The notes under the pieces: model-generated
What the model saw: only the letters and a program-made list of their open reading frames with translations
The model's database searches: none
What the model was told of the DNA's origin: nothing
In this document: piece by piece, positions 28,044 to 39,242 of the stretch
Layout: each line of letters opens with the position of its first letter
Position numbering within the stretch: position 1 is the first letter of the stretch
Made by a program: the position numbers and the translations under genes
Source of the DNA: a bacterium
GTDB lineage: Bacteria; Patescibacteriota; Saccharimonadia; UBA4664
Assembly: GCA_016699105.1 (NCBI GenBank)
Contig: CP064960.1
Span: 593,034 to 657,033, forward strand
Reading direction: 5' to 3'
DNA: 64,000 bases

Positions 28044-28522
28044 AGTGGTGGCTGGCAGTATTGCTGGCAGCCTGGTTACAGGCAGCTTGGTTGCCATTTA
28101 TCCGACCATTTGATGTAGTGCCAAACCTCGTCTTGGCTGTGATAGTGTTGGGGACTTTGCGCTTGTCGGTGAGTGCAGGATTGGGGATAGCAATTGTTGG
28201 CGGATTGCTCCTTGATTTGGCTGGTGGAGGTTGGTTCGGTTGGTCTATGCTGGTATTAACGGCGGTAGTGTTGGTGATCGGTTTTGTAAATATTCAAGTC
28301 GGATGGGAGGTCGACGGTTGGTGGGTGCCAGTTTTGGTGACGGTAGTTGCGACGGCAGTCATAGCTTGCGGGATTTGGTTATCAGTGTTGGCACAAGGTG
28401 GTCAGATTGAGTGGTCAGTGGTTTTGAAAAGTTTGTTGCTTGAATTGGTTACCAATATTGTAGTGGTACTGTTTGGCCGGATGCTTATCGATAGGCGGTG
28501 GTCGGTCAAAGGGGGGATGTAA
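28040..28522 (+). CDS. mreD: Rod shape-determining protein MreD
   Basis: 160-aa polytopic membrane protein immediately after mreC. Confidence 0.7.
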   Translation: MKWWLAVLLAAWLQAAWLPFIRPFDVVPNLVLAVIVLGTLRLSVSAGLGIAIVGGLLLDLAGGGWFGWSMLVLTAVVLVIGFVNIQVGWEVDGWWVPVLVTVVATAVIACGIWLSVLAQGGQIEWSVVLKSLLLELVTNIVVVLFGRMLIDRRWSVKGGM

Positions 28523-28523
28523 T

Positions 28524-30554
28524 ATGGCTGGCCGTTCACTATTTGGATATTTGGAAGACAGGAGCCGAAGTATGCTGCGAGGGGGCCGGGATTTGTCGGT
28601 GCATGAACGATGGACCGAAAGTATTTTACCAGCCGATGCCGATGCCGGTTTGCCGGAAGGCGAGACCAGCCGGCGACCGTTGGCAGGACTTGGTCTGGTA
28701 ATAGTAGCGGCACTTGTGATTCTCATCGTCAGATTATTTGTATTGCAAGTTATCCAGGGCGAACGCAATTTGGCGGTTGCAGAAGGTAATCGAGTACATG
28801 AGCGGGTGGCACGGGCGCCGCGCGGTGTGATCTACGATCGTAACCGTCGGGAATTGGTGCGTAATCAAGCAAGTTTTGATATTACGGCTATACCACAAAA
28901 TTTGCCTCGTGATGATGCTGCCCGACAACAAGTTTATGACAAGGTCGCTCGTATGATCGGTATAGCGCCGGCAGACGTCCAAACGAAAGCCGAGGAATTG
29001 TGCCTCACATCGCCACGACCCCAGTGCTTGCGGAGCCCGTTGCCGGTATTGGTGGCGGCTGGAGTGACGAAGGATCAGGCTTTGTTGATAGAACAAGCAG
29101 GCGTTGAATTGCCTGGTATTGCACTCGATGTAAACCCCGTTCGTCAGTACCTTGACGAAGGATTGTTATCGGTATTTCTCGGCTATACTGGTCGTGTCAA
29201 TGCTCAAGAAGCAGCTACCCATGCCAATTACGGTTCAACAGATCTCATTGGAAAACTCGGCGTTGAACTGCAGTATGAGCAAGATCTGGGGGGCCAAAAC
29301 GGTGGCGAGCGGACGGAAGTCGACGCCACTGGAAAACCAGTGCGCTTATTGGCCAGCAAGGACCCACAGTCTGGCAATAGTTTGTTTTGTCGATAGATTT
29401 TGAATTGCAGAAGAAATTGGCGGCGGCCATAAATAGTCAGATGGTAGCGTCGGGAGCAAAGCGCGCAACTGGAGTGGCAATCCAGCCGCAGACAGGGGAG
29501 GTGTTAGCGGCTGTTAGTTTGCCGAGCTATGACAACAATTTGTTTAGTGTCGGTATTTCACAAGCTGACTATGACCGATTGCGTGACGATCCGGGACAAC
29601 CATTATTCAACAAGGTAGTATCAGGCGGATTTGCGCCTGGCTCGACGATCAAGCCGTTTGGGGCAGCCGCCGCACTGCAGGAAGGAATTATTTCGACAGC
29701 CACAACTATAAACGACACAGGATTGCTAGTGGTACCAAATCAATATGACCCAGCCAAGCCGGCACTATATTATGGCTGGGAACGAACCAATGGTCTAGGG
29801 CCAGTTAATGTGTTGTCGGCAATTGCGCGTAGTTCTGACATTTTCTTTTATGAAGTGATGGGTGGATTTACTGATTTTCTCAAGTATCTGGGTATTGATA
29901 AATTAGCTGAGTATTATCAAAAATTTGGACTCGGTGAACGATCGGGAATTGATATACCAGGCGAAATTTGGAAGAGTTCCCACACGGGAATGGAAAAAGC
30001 AATTATCTGGTGAAGCATGGTATCAAGGTGACACGTACAATGTGTCAGTCGGACAAGGAGATCTACTGGTTTCGCCTTTTCAAATGGTGCTAGCAACCGC
30101 AGCCGTGGCCAATGGCGGTAAATTGATGCAACCCTATGTTGTTAGCCATGTACTTGATGCCGTTACGGGTAAATCTGAAGCCACCAAGCCGGTTGTGCGT
30201 CGCGAGGGATTTATCAGTAACACAAACTTAGATATCGTGAGACGCGGAATGTGGATGGCTGTTAATGACCCGTTTGGTACAGCTTGTTGCAAGATAAAAG
30301 AAGAAGTACCTGTGTCAGTAGCTGCCAAAACTGGTACAGCCGAAACAGTTATTCATGATGCCGGTAAAGATGCCAGTGATCAATCAAAACCAAATGCATG
30401 GTTTGAGGCTTTTGCGCCCTTCGAGAATCCACAAATTGCAATAGTTGTACTTGTGGAAAACTCTGGTGAAGGTTCACAATATGCAGTACCTGCAGTGCGT
30501 GAAACCCTACGATGGTATTTCACTGAAGGCGGCGGAAAAGGTGTGGCCAGATAG
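28524..30554 (+). CDS. mrdA: Penicillin-binding protein 2 (elongasome transpeptidase), split into three ORFs by two single-base deletions (T-run ~29380-29390; A-run ~29963-29969)
   Basis: N-terminal TM plus dimerisation domain. The transpeptidase motifs continue across the frames (...SGNS|FVLSIDFELQ...; ...GIDIPGE|FGRVPTREWKK...; ...SVGQGD...KTGTAE). A KTG box is present. Confidence 0.8.
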
Positions 30555-30671
30555 AACACTAAAGGTTTGCAATGTTTGACAACAGTAACTCTTGACGTGA
30601 GCGCCGACATGCGCGAACATTGGTAAGCATCAGCTTGTCCGCTGATACACAATTTTCAAATTTAGCTAACT

Positions 30672-30696
30672 CGGGGCAACCCCGGGGATTTTTTTC
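30672..30696 (+). terminator. Rho-independent terminator after mrdA (GGGGcaaCCCCgggga + T7)
   Basis: GC hairpin followed by a 7-T run. Confidence 0.7.
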
Positions 30697-30739
30697 GCTC
30701 AAAATTTGGCACATTTGCCACTGATAAGGAGGTACCACA

Positions 30740-31204
30740 ATGGGTACAACAAACGAATTTCATTTAACCGCCGACGGATTGGCAGCACTCAAAGTAGAGC
30801 TGGCAGAATTGGTTGGCTCGAAGCGCAGCGAGATAGCAGAACGGCTCAAAGAAGCCAAAGCCGATGGTGATCTCAGTGAAAACGCGATGTATGACGCCGC
30901 CCGTGATGAGCAGAGCTTCGTCGAAGGCCGGATAGCCGAAATCGAGCACATTCTCAAGCATGCTACGGTAATTGCTCACAAGAGCAAAGGTATTGTTGCT
31001 CTAGGTTCTAAAGTGCATGTAGAAATTGAAGATGGTGAACAGCATTATGTAATTGTCGGCTCGACTGAAGCCAATCCTGATGAAGGTAAAATCTCCGATC
31101 AATCTCCGATTGGCCAAGCGCTCATTGGAAAAAAAGCTGGAGAAGAAGTAACGGTAGATGTACCATCAGGCACCATTACCTACGTTATCCGAGGAATAGA
31201 GTAG
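30740..31204 (+). CDS. greA: Transcription elongation factor GreA
   Basis: N-terminal coiled-coil with DLSENAMYDAARDEQ. C-terminal FKBP-like domain. AAGGAGG RBS. Confidence 0.9.
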   Translation: MGTTNEFHLTADGLAALKVELAELVGSKRSEIAERLKEAKADGDLSENAMYDAARDEQSFVEGRIAEIEHILKHATVIAHKSKGIVALGSKVHVEIEDGEQHYVIVGSTEANPDEGKISDQSPIGQALIGKKAGEEVTVDVPSGTITYVIRGIE

Positions 31205-31229
31205 CTTCAGATTGTAGTTAAATGGTAGA

Positions 31230-32807
31230 ATGTTCGCCATGACGGAATCAACTAGCCAATATTGGCTTGATCAATTTACAACTGAAGTGGTGGCTCAGCA
31301 TCCGGTTGGGGAGATCCTGGTATCGAGCGGTATTTCGCCGTCCGCTTCATATCATATTGGGCATTTTCGTGAAGCCCTGACAGCTGACGCTATAGCTTGG
31401 TCGTTGCGCCAAAATGGTCGTCAGGCGAAACATATACACATAGTAGATAATTTTGATCCCTTGCGTAAGCGGTATCATTTTTTACCAGAACGCTTTGAAC
31501 AATTCGTCGGATGGCCAATCTGCCTGGTTCCAGATCCATTTGATTGCCATCCATCATATGCTCAACACTACGCAGCCGAGTTCAAATCAGCGGCAGCCCA
31601 GATGGGCGTAGAAATGGATGTCATCTATTCGTATGAAGAATTTTATGCAAATGGCAAAATGGCACCTTTTATCGAGCAGGCAATGGCGGGGTTGGACAAA
31701 ATTCGGCACATTTTTGCTGAAGTTTCTCAGCGCGAGTTAGCTCCAGATTGGGTACCTTTGCAAATATTAAGTGATGCCAAAAACTTCAATGAATGGCGAT
31801 TTGAGAGTATAGATACAAAAACTAAAACGCTCGATTACCGAGATAGTCACGGTAAGATTGGTTCGATGCGCTATGATGACGGTCGCGTAAAACTCAACTG
31901 GCGACTGGATTGGCCCGCTCGTTGGGCACTGCTTGGCGTTGATGTCGAGCCTTATGGCAAAGAGCACGCTACAAAGGGCGGATCATATGATACGGGTGCG
32001 CGGTTTGTCCAAGAGGTATTTGCCGCTAAGGCGCCGACACCTTTGCCGTACGATACTATCAATATGGTGGGTGATACCAAAAAAATGAGTTCAAGTTTGG
32101 GTAATCTGGTGACGCCCGCTCAAGCTCTCGAAATTATGCCAGCTGAAATATTGCGGTATTTTATCTTGAAATCATTACCGAAACGAGTAGTTTATTTCGA
32201 TCCAGGCATTGGTTTATACAATTTAGTCGACGAATATGCCAAATTGGATGAGGCCGTTCAAGCTGGTCACCACCCTGAATTTGAGCAAGCCTATCAAGTG
32301 GCTGCGGCTCATGCCGGTGAACGTGTCATATCGACCATCCCTTTTAATCATTTAGTGAGTGTCTATCAAGCAGCCCGCAGCGATATTCATGTGGTGCAGG
32401 CAATATTAGAGCGAGGTGGTTACGCGGAGCAAGTCAAACGTGAATGGCCAGTCATTAAACGTGAGCTAGCGTTTGTGGCTCATTGGCTAGCAAATCATGC
32501 GCCTGACAGTGTCAAATTTGCTATCCAGGAGGAATTGCCGAAGTTAAATTTATCAACCCATCAACAAACATTTTTGGCGCGATTAGCTGATACAATTGCT
32601 GTTGAACATAATCTCAATGGGCAAGGGATGCATGATGCAATATATGCCGCCAGTGTGAGTGCGGAATTGAAGCCAGCCCAAGCTTTTCTGACCTTATATC
32701 AAGTTATACTGGGGCAAGATAAAGGCCCCAAAGCCGGCTGGTTTTTGGCGACACTTGACCAAAATTGGTTAGTTTTGCGGTTGCAAACGGCGGCTGCCAT
32801 ACGCTAG
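31230..32807 (+). CDS. lysS: Class I (archaeal-type) lysyl-tRNA synthetase
   Basis: HIGH motif (SASYHIGHFREA) and KMSSS motif with class-I LysRS architecture. Not the class II LysS. Confidence 0.8.
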   Translation: MFAMTESTSQYWLDQFTTEVVAQHPVGEILVSSGISPSASYHIGHFREALTADAIAWSLRQNGRQAKHIHIVDNFDPLRKRYHFLPERFEQFVGWPICLVPDPFDCHPSYAQHYAAEFKSAAAQMGVEMDVIYSYEEFYANGKMAPFIEQAMAGLDKIRHIFAEVSQRELAPDWVPLQILSDAKNFNEWRFESIDTKTKTLDYRDSHGKIGSMRYDDGRVKLNWRLDWPARWALLGVDVEPYGKEHATKGGSYDTGARFVQEVFAAKAPTPLPYDTINMVGDTKKMSSSLGNLVTPAQALEIMPAEILRYFILKSLPKRVVYFDPGIGLYNLVDEYAKLDEAVQAGHHPEFEQAYQVAAAHAGERVISTIPFNHLVSVYQAARSDIHVVQAILERGGYAEQVKREWPVIKRELAFVAHWLANHAPDSVKFAIQEELPKLNLSTHQQTFLARLADTIAVEHNLNGQGMHDAIYAASVSAELKPAQAFLTLYQVILGQDKGPKAGWFLATLDQNWLVLRLQTAAAIR

Positions 32808-32869
32808 ACTAGTCGTCTGGATCGACACAATCCGAATCTGCCGATCTTGATCCCGATCAGCGAAAATAG

Positions 32870-33526
32870 GTGACGGTCATGTTGCAGCTAGACCATGTTG
32901 CGGCAACTGAATTTTGGCGTGACGCTCGGGAACGACCAGCAGTAACCGGAATGACCTACAAGGGTTGGACTGATGGAAGTTCGAACCGGGGCGACATCAA
33001 GTATGTTCTGGCTGCCGGTGGCGATATCAAGCCGGGTGAAATCGTCAGTCTGCCTGATCCACGTTTGTACCATTATTGTTTTTGGTGCGGAATGCTGACA
33101 TACAATCGTCAATTGATGTATGAACGCATGGGTGCACGGGACTTTGTGACCGCAGTTTGGCCAATGTGTACGATGTGTAATGATGCCGCCCGCCAGGTGG
33201 GTAGGAGTTTGTTAGCGAAAGAAGTATTGCGACAGTACTTACTCTGTTGTCAAATTGAAATGAAGTCGCAACGTCTTGGTCGTCGCGATATGGACAGACA
33301 ATTGCGCCTGCGTGCAGCAATGTTTTTGCGGCAACGCAACCAACGCCAAACCGACCAACAGGCTTTGGCTGACCTATTGGCTCAGCAATACGGGCCAGTT
33401 GTTCAAGGATATCTACAAGATATCGTCAGTAACTCTGAGGCCCAACCTCAAATACAGCCACCTCGACCCGAAAGTATTATCACTGAGATTGACGATGTTT
33501 TGGCACAGCATTTCCGGCAGCAGTAA
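32870..33526 (+). CDS. Hypothetical protein with a CxxC...CxxC zinc-ribbon-like motif and basic, Gln-rich C-terminus
   Basis: Motif YHYCFWCGM...WPMCTMCND. No other motif recognised. Followed by a terminator. Confidence 0.45.
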   Translation: MTVMLQLDHVAATEFWRDARERPAVTGMTYKGWTDGSSNRGDIKYVLAAGGDIKPGEIVSLPDPRLYHYCFWCGMLTYNRQLMYERMGARDFVTAVWPMCTMCNDAARQVGRSLLAKEVLRQYLLCCQIEMKSQRLGRRDMDRQLRLRAAMFLRQRNQRQTDQQALADLLAQQYGPVVQGYLQDIVSNSEAQPQIQPPRPESIITEIDDVLAQHFRQQ

Positions 33527-33554
33527 AGGCGACAAACGTGTATCGCTGATGGAG

Positions 33555-33600
33555 CTGGAAGACCTGGCGTTTCTCGGGTCTTCCAGCCGTTTATTATCTG
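33555..33600 (+). terminator. Rho-independent terminator (CTGGAAGACC-12 nt-GGTCTTCCAG followed by a U-rich tract)
   Basis: 10-bp perfect stem, then ccgtttattatctgtt. Confidence 0.7.
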
Positions 33601-33623
33601 TTAGATTGGAGTATAATAATTAC

Positions 33624-34925
33624 ATGATTGACGTTCGACTACTACGCGACCAACTTGATGCCGTCAAGGCTGCTGCCCAGCATAAAAATGCTGAAATTAG
33701 TGCGGCCCAAATTGATGAAGTATTGGGACTTGATGGTCGCCGGCGCGAGCTACTGACTCAAATCGAGGAATTGCGTCGGCAACGAAATGGGCTGACAAAT
33801 GCTATGTCTGGTGCCAAGCCAACATCAGAACAAGTGACACAAGGCCGGGCTCTCAAAGAAGAGCTAAGTGTGTTGGATGAAGAATTTGGCAAGGTCGATG
33901 AACAGTATATGAGACTGATGAAGCTCATACCAAATCTGCCGACGGGTGACGTACCAATTGGAGCTACCGAGGACGAGAATGTCGTAGCTAAAACCGTGGG
34001 TAAGCCGCGTGAGTTTGATTTCGAAATATTGAATCATTGGCAAATAGGTGAGCGTCGAGGATGGATAGACAAAGAGCGAGCTGCCAAGGTATCCGGTTCC
34101 CGCTTTGCGTACCTAAAGGGTGAGCTGGTGCGCCTGCATATGGCAATGATTGCATTTGCCATGGACGTTTTGACTGATGAATCTGTTTTGCAGCGGATTG
34201 CTGCAGACGCCGGGTTGAAAGTTAGTACGAAACCGTTTGTACCGGTATTACCGCCGCTCCTCATCAAGACTGAACCTTATGACGCTATGGATCGTCTCGA
34301 ACCACGCGAAGACCGCTATAAGATCGAAGGCGATGAATTGTGGCTGCAGGGTAGTGCTGAGCACGTCTTGGGTTCAATGCACGCCAACGAAATAGTGCCG
34401 GAAACAGAATTGCCAATTCGCTATGCCGGTTATGCCACCAGTTTTCGCAAAGAGGCAGGTACATACGGCAAAGATATGGAAGGTATCTTGCGATTGCATC
34501 AGTTCGACAAGCTGGAAATGGAGTCATTGACGACCGCTGAAGTCTCGCGCGATGAACATCTGTTTTTGATAGCAATTCAAGAATACTTAGTGCAGCAACT
34601 GGAAATCCCATATCAAGTAGTCATGAAATGTACCGCCGATATTGGCAAACCTAATGCCCGTGGCGTGGACATCGATTGTTGGCTACCAGGTCAAGGAAAG
34701 TATCGTGAAACCCATACCGCCGATTACATGACCGACTATCAAGCTCGGCGACTACAGACCCGAGTGCGCCGCACCAGTGGAGAAGTGGAGTTAGTGCACA
34801 CCAACGATGCCACTGCCTTGTCGCAACGACCTTTGATTGCATTATTGGAGAACCATCAGCAAGCCGATGGCACCATCAAAGTGCCAAAAGCGCTCGTGAA
34901 ATATTACGGTAAGGAGGTAGTGTAA
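33624..34925 (+). CDS. serS: Seryl-tRNA synthetase
   Basis: N-terminal coiled-coil arm (MIDVRLLRDQLDAV...) and class II core. A TATAAT box lies 7 nt upstream of the ATG, so the mRNA may be leaderless. Confidence 0.85.
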   Translation: MIDVRLLRDQLDAVKAAAQHKNAEISAAQIDEVLGLDGRRRELLTQIEELRRQRNGLTNAMSGAKPTSEQVTQGRALKEELSVLDEEFGKVDEQYMRLMKLIPNLPTGDVPIGATEDENVVAKTVGKPREFDFEILNHWQIGERRGWIDKERAAKVSGSRFAYLKGELVRLHMAMIAFAMDVLTDESVLQRIAADAGLKVSTKPFVPVLPPLLIKTEPYDAMDRLEPREDRYKIEGDELWLQGSAEHVLGSMHANEIVPETELPIRYAGYATSFRKEAGTYGKDMEGILRLHQFDKLEMESLTTAEVSRDEHLFLIAIQEYLVQQLEIPYQVVMKCTADIGKPNARGVDIDCWLPGQGKYRETHTADYMTDYQARRLQTRVRRTSGEVELVHTNDATALSQRPLIALLENHQQADGTIKVPKALVKYYGKEVV

Positions 34926-35285
34926 ATGAAAGTTGACATAACCGGCCGCAATTTTGAAGTAGAGGCCAAACTTCAAGCGTATGTCCAAGAAAAAATTGGT
35001 GGATTAGATAAATTCATCGCCCGCAATGACCAATCAGTAGCCCGAGCAACTGTTGTTCTCGAAGAAGACGCCAGTGGTCGCGAAGACAACCGGTTTGTCT
35101 GTGACGCCGTTGTCAGTCTGCCCAAACAGCAACTCGTGGCCCGAGAGGGGACAGTCAATATGTTTGCGGCTGTCGACATTGTCGAAGCCAAGTTGACTAG
35201 TCAACTGGGTAAATATAAGGCTAAGCATCATGAAGCCGTCCGGCGGGGGAAGCTCTTGAGTAAGTGGATGGGACAATCTGAATAA
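34926..35285 (+). CDS. hpf: Ribosome hibernation-promoting factor (short HPF/RaiA)
   Basis: MKVDITGRNFEVEAKLQAYVQEKI...; the hpf-secA order matches Firmicutes-like synteny. Confidence 0.85.
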   Translation: MKVDITGRNFEVEAKLQAYVQEKIGGLDKFIARNDQSVARATVVLEEDASGREDNRFVCDAVVSLPKQQLVAREGTVNMFAAVDIVEAKLTSQLGKYKAKHHEAVRRGKLLSKWMGQSE

Positions 35286-37902
35286 GTGAAGGCATTTATC
35301 GATAAGTTACTGGGAGATCGTAACGCCCGGGAAGTCAAACGCGCACTCGCTGCCATTGGTAAAGTCAGTGATTTTGATGAGCAATTCCGCAAGCTCAGCG
35401 ATGATGCTTTGCGCGCTAAAACTGATGAATTTCGGGAACGACTGAAGACGGGCATCAAGCTTGAACAGATCTTACCAGAAGCCTTTGCGGCGGTGCGGGA
35501 AGCAGCTAGCCGCAGCATCGGACAGCGGCATTATGATGTGCAGCTGGTGGGTGCTTTGGTGTTACACCAAGGAAAATCGCCGAAATGCGCACCGGTGAAG
35601 GTAAAACGTTGGTGGCGACAGCACCATCGTATCTGAATGCCTTAAGTGGCAAAGGGTGCATGTGGTAACGGTAAACGATTATCTGGCCAGTTTGCATGGC
35701 GGTTGGATGGGTCGGGTTTATTATGCCCTAGGACTATCGACCGGTGTGATCGTTCATGACACAGCCTACATTTATGACCCGGATTTTGTCAGCGAATCCC
35801 ACGACGACGAGCGACTCAATCATTTGCGACCAGTGACGCGAGCCGAAGCCTATCGGGCCGACATCACATATGGTACGAACAATGAATTTGGTTTTGATTA
35901 TTTGCGCGACAATATGGTGGATGACTTAGCTAAAATGGTCCAACGACCGCTGCATTATGCCATCGTTGATGAAGTTGACTCTATCTTGATCGATGAAGCG
36001 CGCACGCCGCTGATTATATCGGCTCCAGCCAATGAAGCTACCGACAAGTATTACGAGTTTGCGCGCTTGGCGGCAGGTTTGAAACCAGAGGATCATTATA
36101 CGGTTGATGAAAAGCTCAAAGCTGTCAGTTTGACCGATGATGGTGTCGAACAAATTGAACGAGCGCTGGGTGTGGACAATGTCTACGAAGCAGGCCGCAT
36201 CGATGACGTTCATCACATCGAGCAAGCTGTGCGGGCGCGGGGCTTGTATCAGCGAGATCGCGATTATGTCGTCCGTGACGGCGAGATTATTATTGTCGAT
36301 GAGTTTACAGGCCGATTGATGCCTGGCCGACGTTGGAGTGAGGGACTGCATCAAGCAGTTGAAGCCAAAGAGGGAGTTCAGATCCAACAGGAATCATTGA
36401 CGCTGGCGACGATTACGTTCCAAAATTATTTCCGATTGTATGAAAAGTTATCGGGTATGACCGGTACTGCTATGACCGAAGCCGAAGAGTTCGGTAAAAT
36501 TTATCAGCTTGATGTGGTCATAATTCCGACTAACCAACCGATGGTGCGCCAAGATTTGCCTGACCGTATTTATAAATCTGAAGACGGCAAATTCCGAGCA
36601 GTAGCGGCAGCCGTGGCAGAGCGCCATGCGGCTGGCGAGCCAGTCTTAATTGGTACTGTTTCCATCGCCAAGAATGAACGATTAAGCCAATATTTGACCG
36701 ATTTAAATGTGCCTCACAAAGTCTTAAATGCCAAGAACAATGAAGCTGAAGCCGCTATTGTGGCGGCGGCAGGTCAGCGCGGCGCTGTTACTCTGGCCAC
36801 AAACATTGCTGGCCGCGGTACCGATATTATGTTGGAAGCAGGCGTTGCCGACCTTGGTGGATTGCACGTCCTGGGTACCGAGCGTCATGAGAGCCGCCGT
36901 ATCGACAATCAGCTGCGTGGTCGCAGTGGTCGCCAAGGTGATCCGGGATCAAGTCAGTTTTATGTTTCCCTCGAAGACGATCTCATGCGAATCTTTGGTT
37001 CCGAGCGTTTGGCTGGACTCATGGATACTTTGGGTTTGGACGATACGATTCCAATTGAAAACAAGCTTGTCAGTCGTAGCCTGGAGAGTGCACAAAAGAA
37101 AGTCGAAGGTCACAACTTCGACACTCGTAAACAGCTGGTTGAGTATGACGATGTCATGAATCGGCATCGTGAAGTCATATATAGCCGCAGGCGGAAAGCA
37201 TTGGCGGCGGATTCGATCAAAGATGACATCTTAACCATGATTGAAAGTCAGGTCAAAGCGCTGGTGACGGTGCATACCAACGAGCGGACGGGGGAGATGG
37301 ATGAAGTGGCTTTACGCGAAGCTATCACTAATCTAGTACCAATGGACGATGATTTGGCTCAAGCAATAGCGGCTGCCCACCCAACGGAAATCAGCGCGCT
37401 CGTGCAAGAGCGGGCGGAGACTACTTATACGAGCAGACAAGAACAATACGGCCCCGAAGTAATGCGGATGCTGGAACGGTATGTCTATGTGTCGGCACTG
37501 GATCGGTTATGGATTGATCATTTGGACGCCATGGAGAACTTGCGGGGCGGTATTGGTCTGCGAGCGATTGGTCAGCGCGATCCGCTGGTGGAGTACAAGC
37601 GTGAAGGTTATCGGATGTTTAAGCAGCTATTAAATCTACTTGATGCTGAGATTGCCAGTACTATTTTCAAAATGGTCGTGCGGCAAGAAGCGCCGCCAGT
37701 AGATGCACCAATTGAAACGGCGCTGACCAAAGCGGCCGAGCAAGCGGTTGGGCGGGGCGGTGCGACCGATCCTGAAAGTTTGGCGGCAGAAGGATCGGCT
37801 CAGTCGCGAGGCTCGAGAGCACAACGACGACTGAAATCCCCCGGTGCTTTACCGGTGTCGGCCACCAAAGCGACCAATAAAAAACGCAAAAAAAGGCGGT
37901 AA
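35286..37902 (+). CDS. secA: Preprotein translocase ATPase SecA, interrupted by two single-base homopolymer deletions (A-run 35573-35576; G-run 35654-35656)
   Basis: The N-terminal ORF ends in garbage after HQGK. Restoring one A gives [31 protein letters not shown] (Walker A). Restoring one G joins it to [11 protein letters not shown]... (ORF 35656..37902) carrying the [18 protein letters not shown] motor motifs. Confidence 0.9.
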
Positions 37903-37904
37903 CA

Positions 37905-39242
37905 ATGACACGTTCCAAACGCTACGAGGGTAAGCGAGTTGGTATCGTCGGATATGGCGTGGAAGGGCGGGTTTCAGCGCAATACTGGCGCCGCCAAGGG
38001 GCTCACGTAACCATATTTGATGGCAATGACCAGTTAGAAGTACCGACAGGCATGTCGGCGGTAGTGGGCGACAACTATCTAGATAATTTTGATGGTTTTG
38101 ATGTACTGGTACATTCACCGGGTATCCGACCTGACCGACTGGTAACATCGACGCATCAACATCAAATTGTCACAAGTGCGACGGCCGAGTTTTTTCGGCA
38201 TTGCCCGGCACCCATTATTGGTGTGACCGGTACCAAAGGCAAAGGAACGACCAGTACTTTAGTTACGAAACTACTGGAAGCAGCAGGTTATAAAGTGTGG
38301 TTGGGTGGTAATATTGGCCAACCGGCGCTGGAATTTATTGATGATATCACCGCACAAGACAAAGTTGTGTTGGAATTATCAAGTTTTCAATTGATGGATC
38401 TACCGCAAAGTCCGCAAACAGCGGTCTGTTTGATGATGGTGCCAGAGCATTTGGATTGGCATACTGATATCGAGGAGTATATTGCAGCCAAGGGCAATAT
38501 AACGCGCTATCAGACGGCGCAAGATATGGTTATTTACCATGGGAGCAATGACTGGAGCCGACAGGTAGCTGAGTTGTCTATAGGTCACAAAACGACATAC
38601 ATGAAGCAGCCAGGTGCCTACATTGATAATGATGCAGTGATGATGGCTGGTCAGCGTATTTGTGGCACGAATGATGTTGGGCTGGTGGGGGCACACATGC
38701 TGGAAAACATCTGTGCTGCTGTGACGGCGGTTTGGGATATGGTGCATCACGATGCTTGTTTGATCGCCAAAGTCATTAAAGATTTCAAAGGGCTGCCGAT
38801 GCGGCTTGAACCTATGGAACGAGTTGATGGGGTAGTGTACGTCAATGATTCATATTCAACGAACCAATACGCCACTATGGCGGCACTGACAAGTTTTGAG
38901 CAAGCGCCCATTGTGATATTGGGTGGATTCGATCGCGGTATCGATCTAACACCCATGATAACCGCGGTGGCTGAATATGCGCCTAGAGGCGTGGTGACTA
39001 TTGGCCAGACGGCAACCATTATCAGAGATGGCTTGCATCAACGTGGACATGACTTGGTAGTAAATGGCGGTTCAACCATGACCGAGATTGTGGCGGCAGC
39101 AGCCAAAATGGCGCAATCAGGTGATGTGGTAATTTTGTCGCCAGGTTGCGCATCATTCGACATGTTTAAGAATTTTAAAGATAGAGGAGAACAGTTCCGG
39201 CGCGCTGTGGCTGGACTGCCTGGAAAACATGAAGCAATATAA
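37905..39242 (+). CDS. murD: UDP-N-acetylmuramoyl-L-alanine--glutamate ligase MurD
   Basis: Rossmann N-terminus VGIVGYGVEGR and Mur ligase P-loop GVTGTKGKGTT. Confidence 0.85.
   Translation: MTRSKRYEGKRVGIVGYGVEGRVSAQYWRRQGAHVTIFDGNDQLEVPTGMSAVVGDNYLDNFDGFDVLVHSPGIRPDRLVTSTHQHQIVTSATAEFFRHCPAPIIGVTGTKGKGTTSTLVTKLLEAAGYKVWLGGNIGQPALEFIDDITAQDKVVLELSSFQLMDLPQSPQTAVCLMMVPEHLDWHTDIEEYIAAKGNITRYQTAQDMVIYHGSNDWSRQVAELSIGHKTTYMKQPGAYIDNDAVMMAGQRICGTNDVGLVGAHMLENICAAVTAVWDMVHHDACLIAKVIKDFKGLPMRLEPMERVDGVVYVNDSYSTNQYATMAALTSFEQAPIVILGGFDRGIDLTPMITAVAEYAPRGVVTIGQTATIIRDGLHQRGHDLVVNGGSTMTEIVAAAAKMAQSGDVVILSPGCASFDMFKNFKDRGEQFRRAVAGLPGKHEAI

Noticed and set aside
35286-35636. Treating 35286..35636 as a separate small gene upstream of secA
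   Set aside because: It is the authentic SecA N-terminus. Its last 20 residues are out-of-frame garbage created by a one-base deletion in an A-run.
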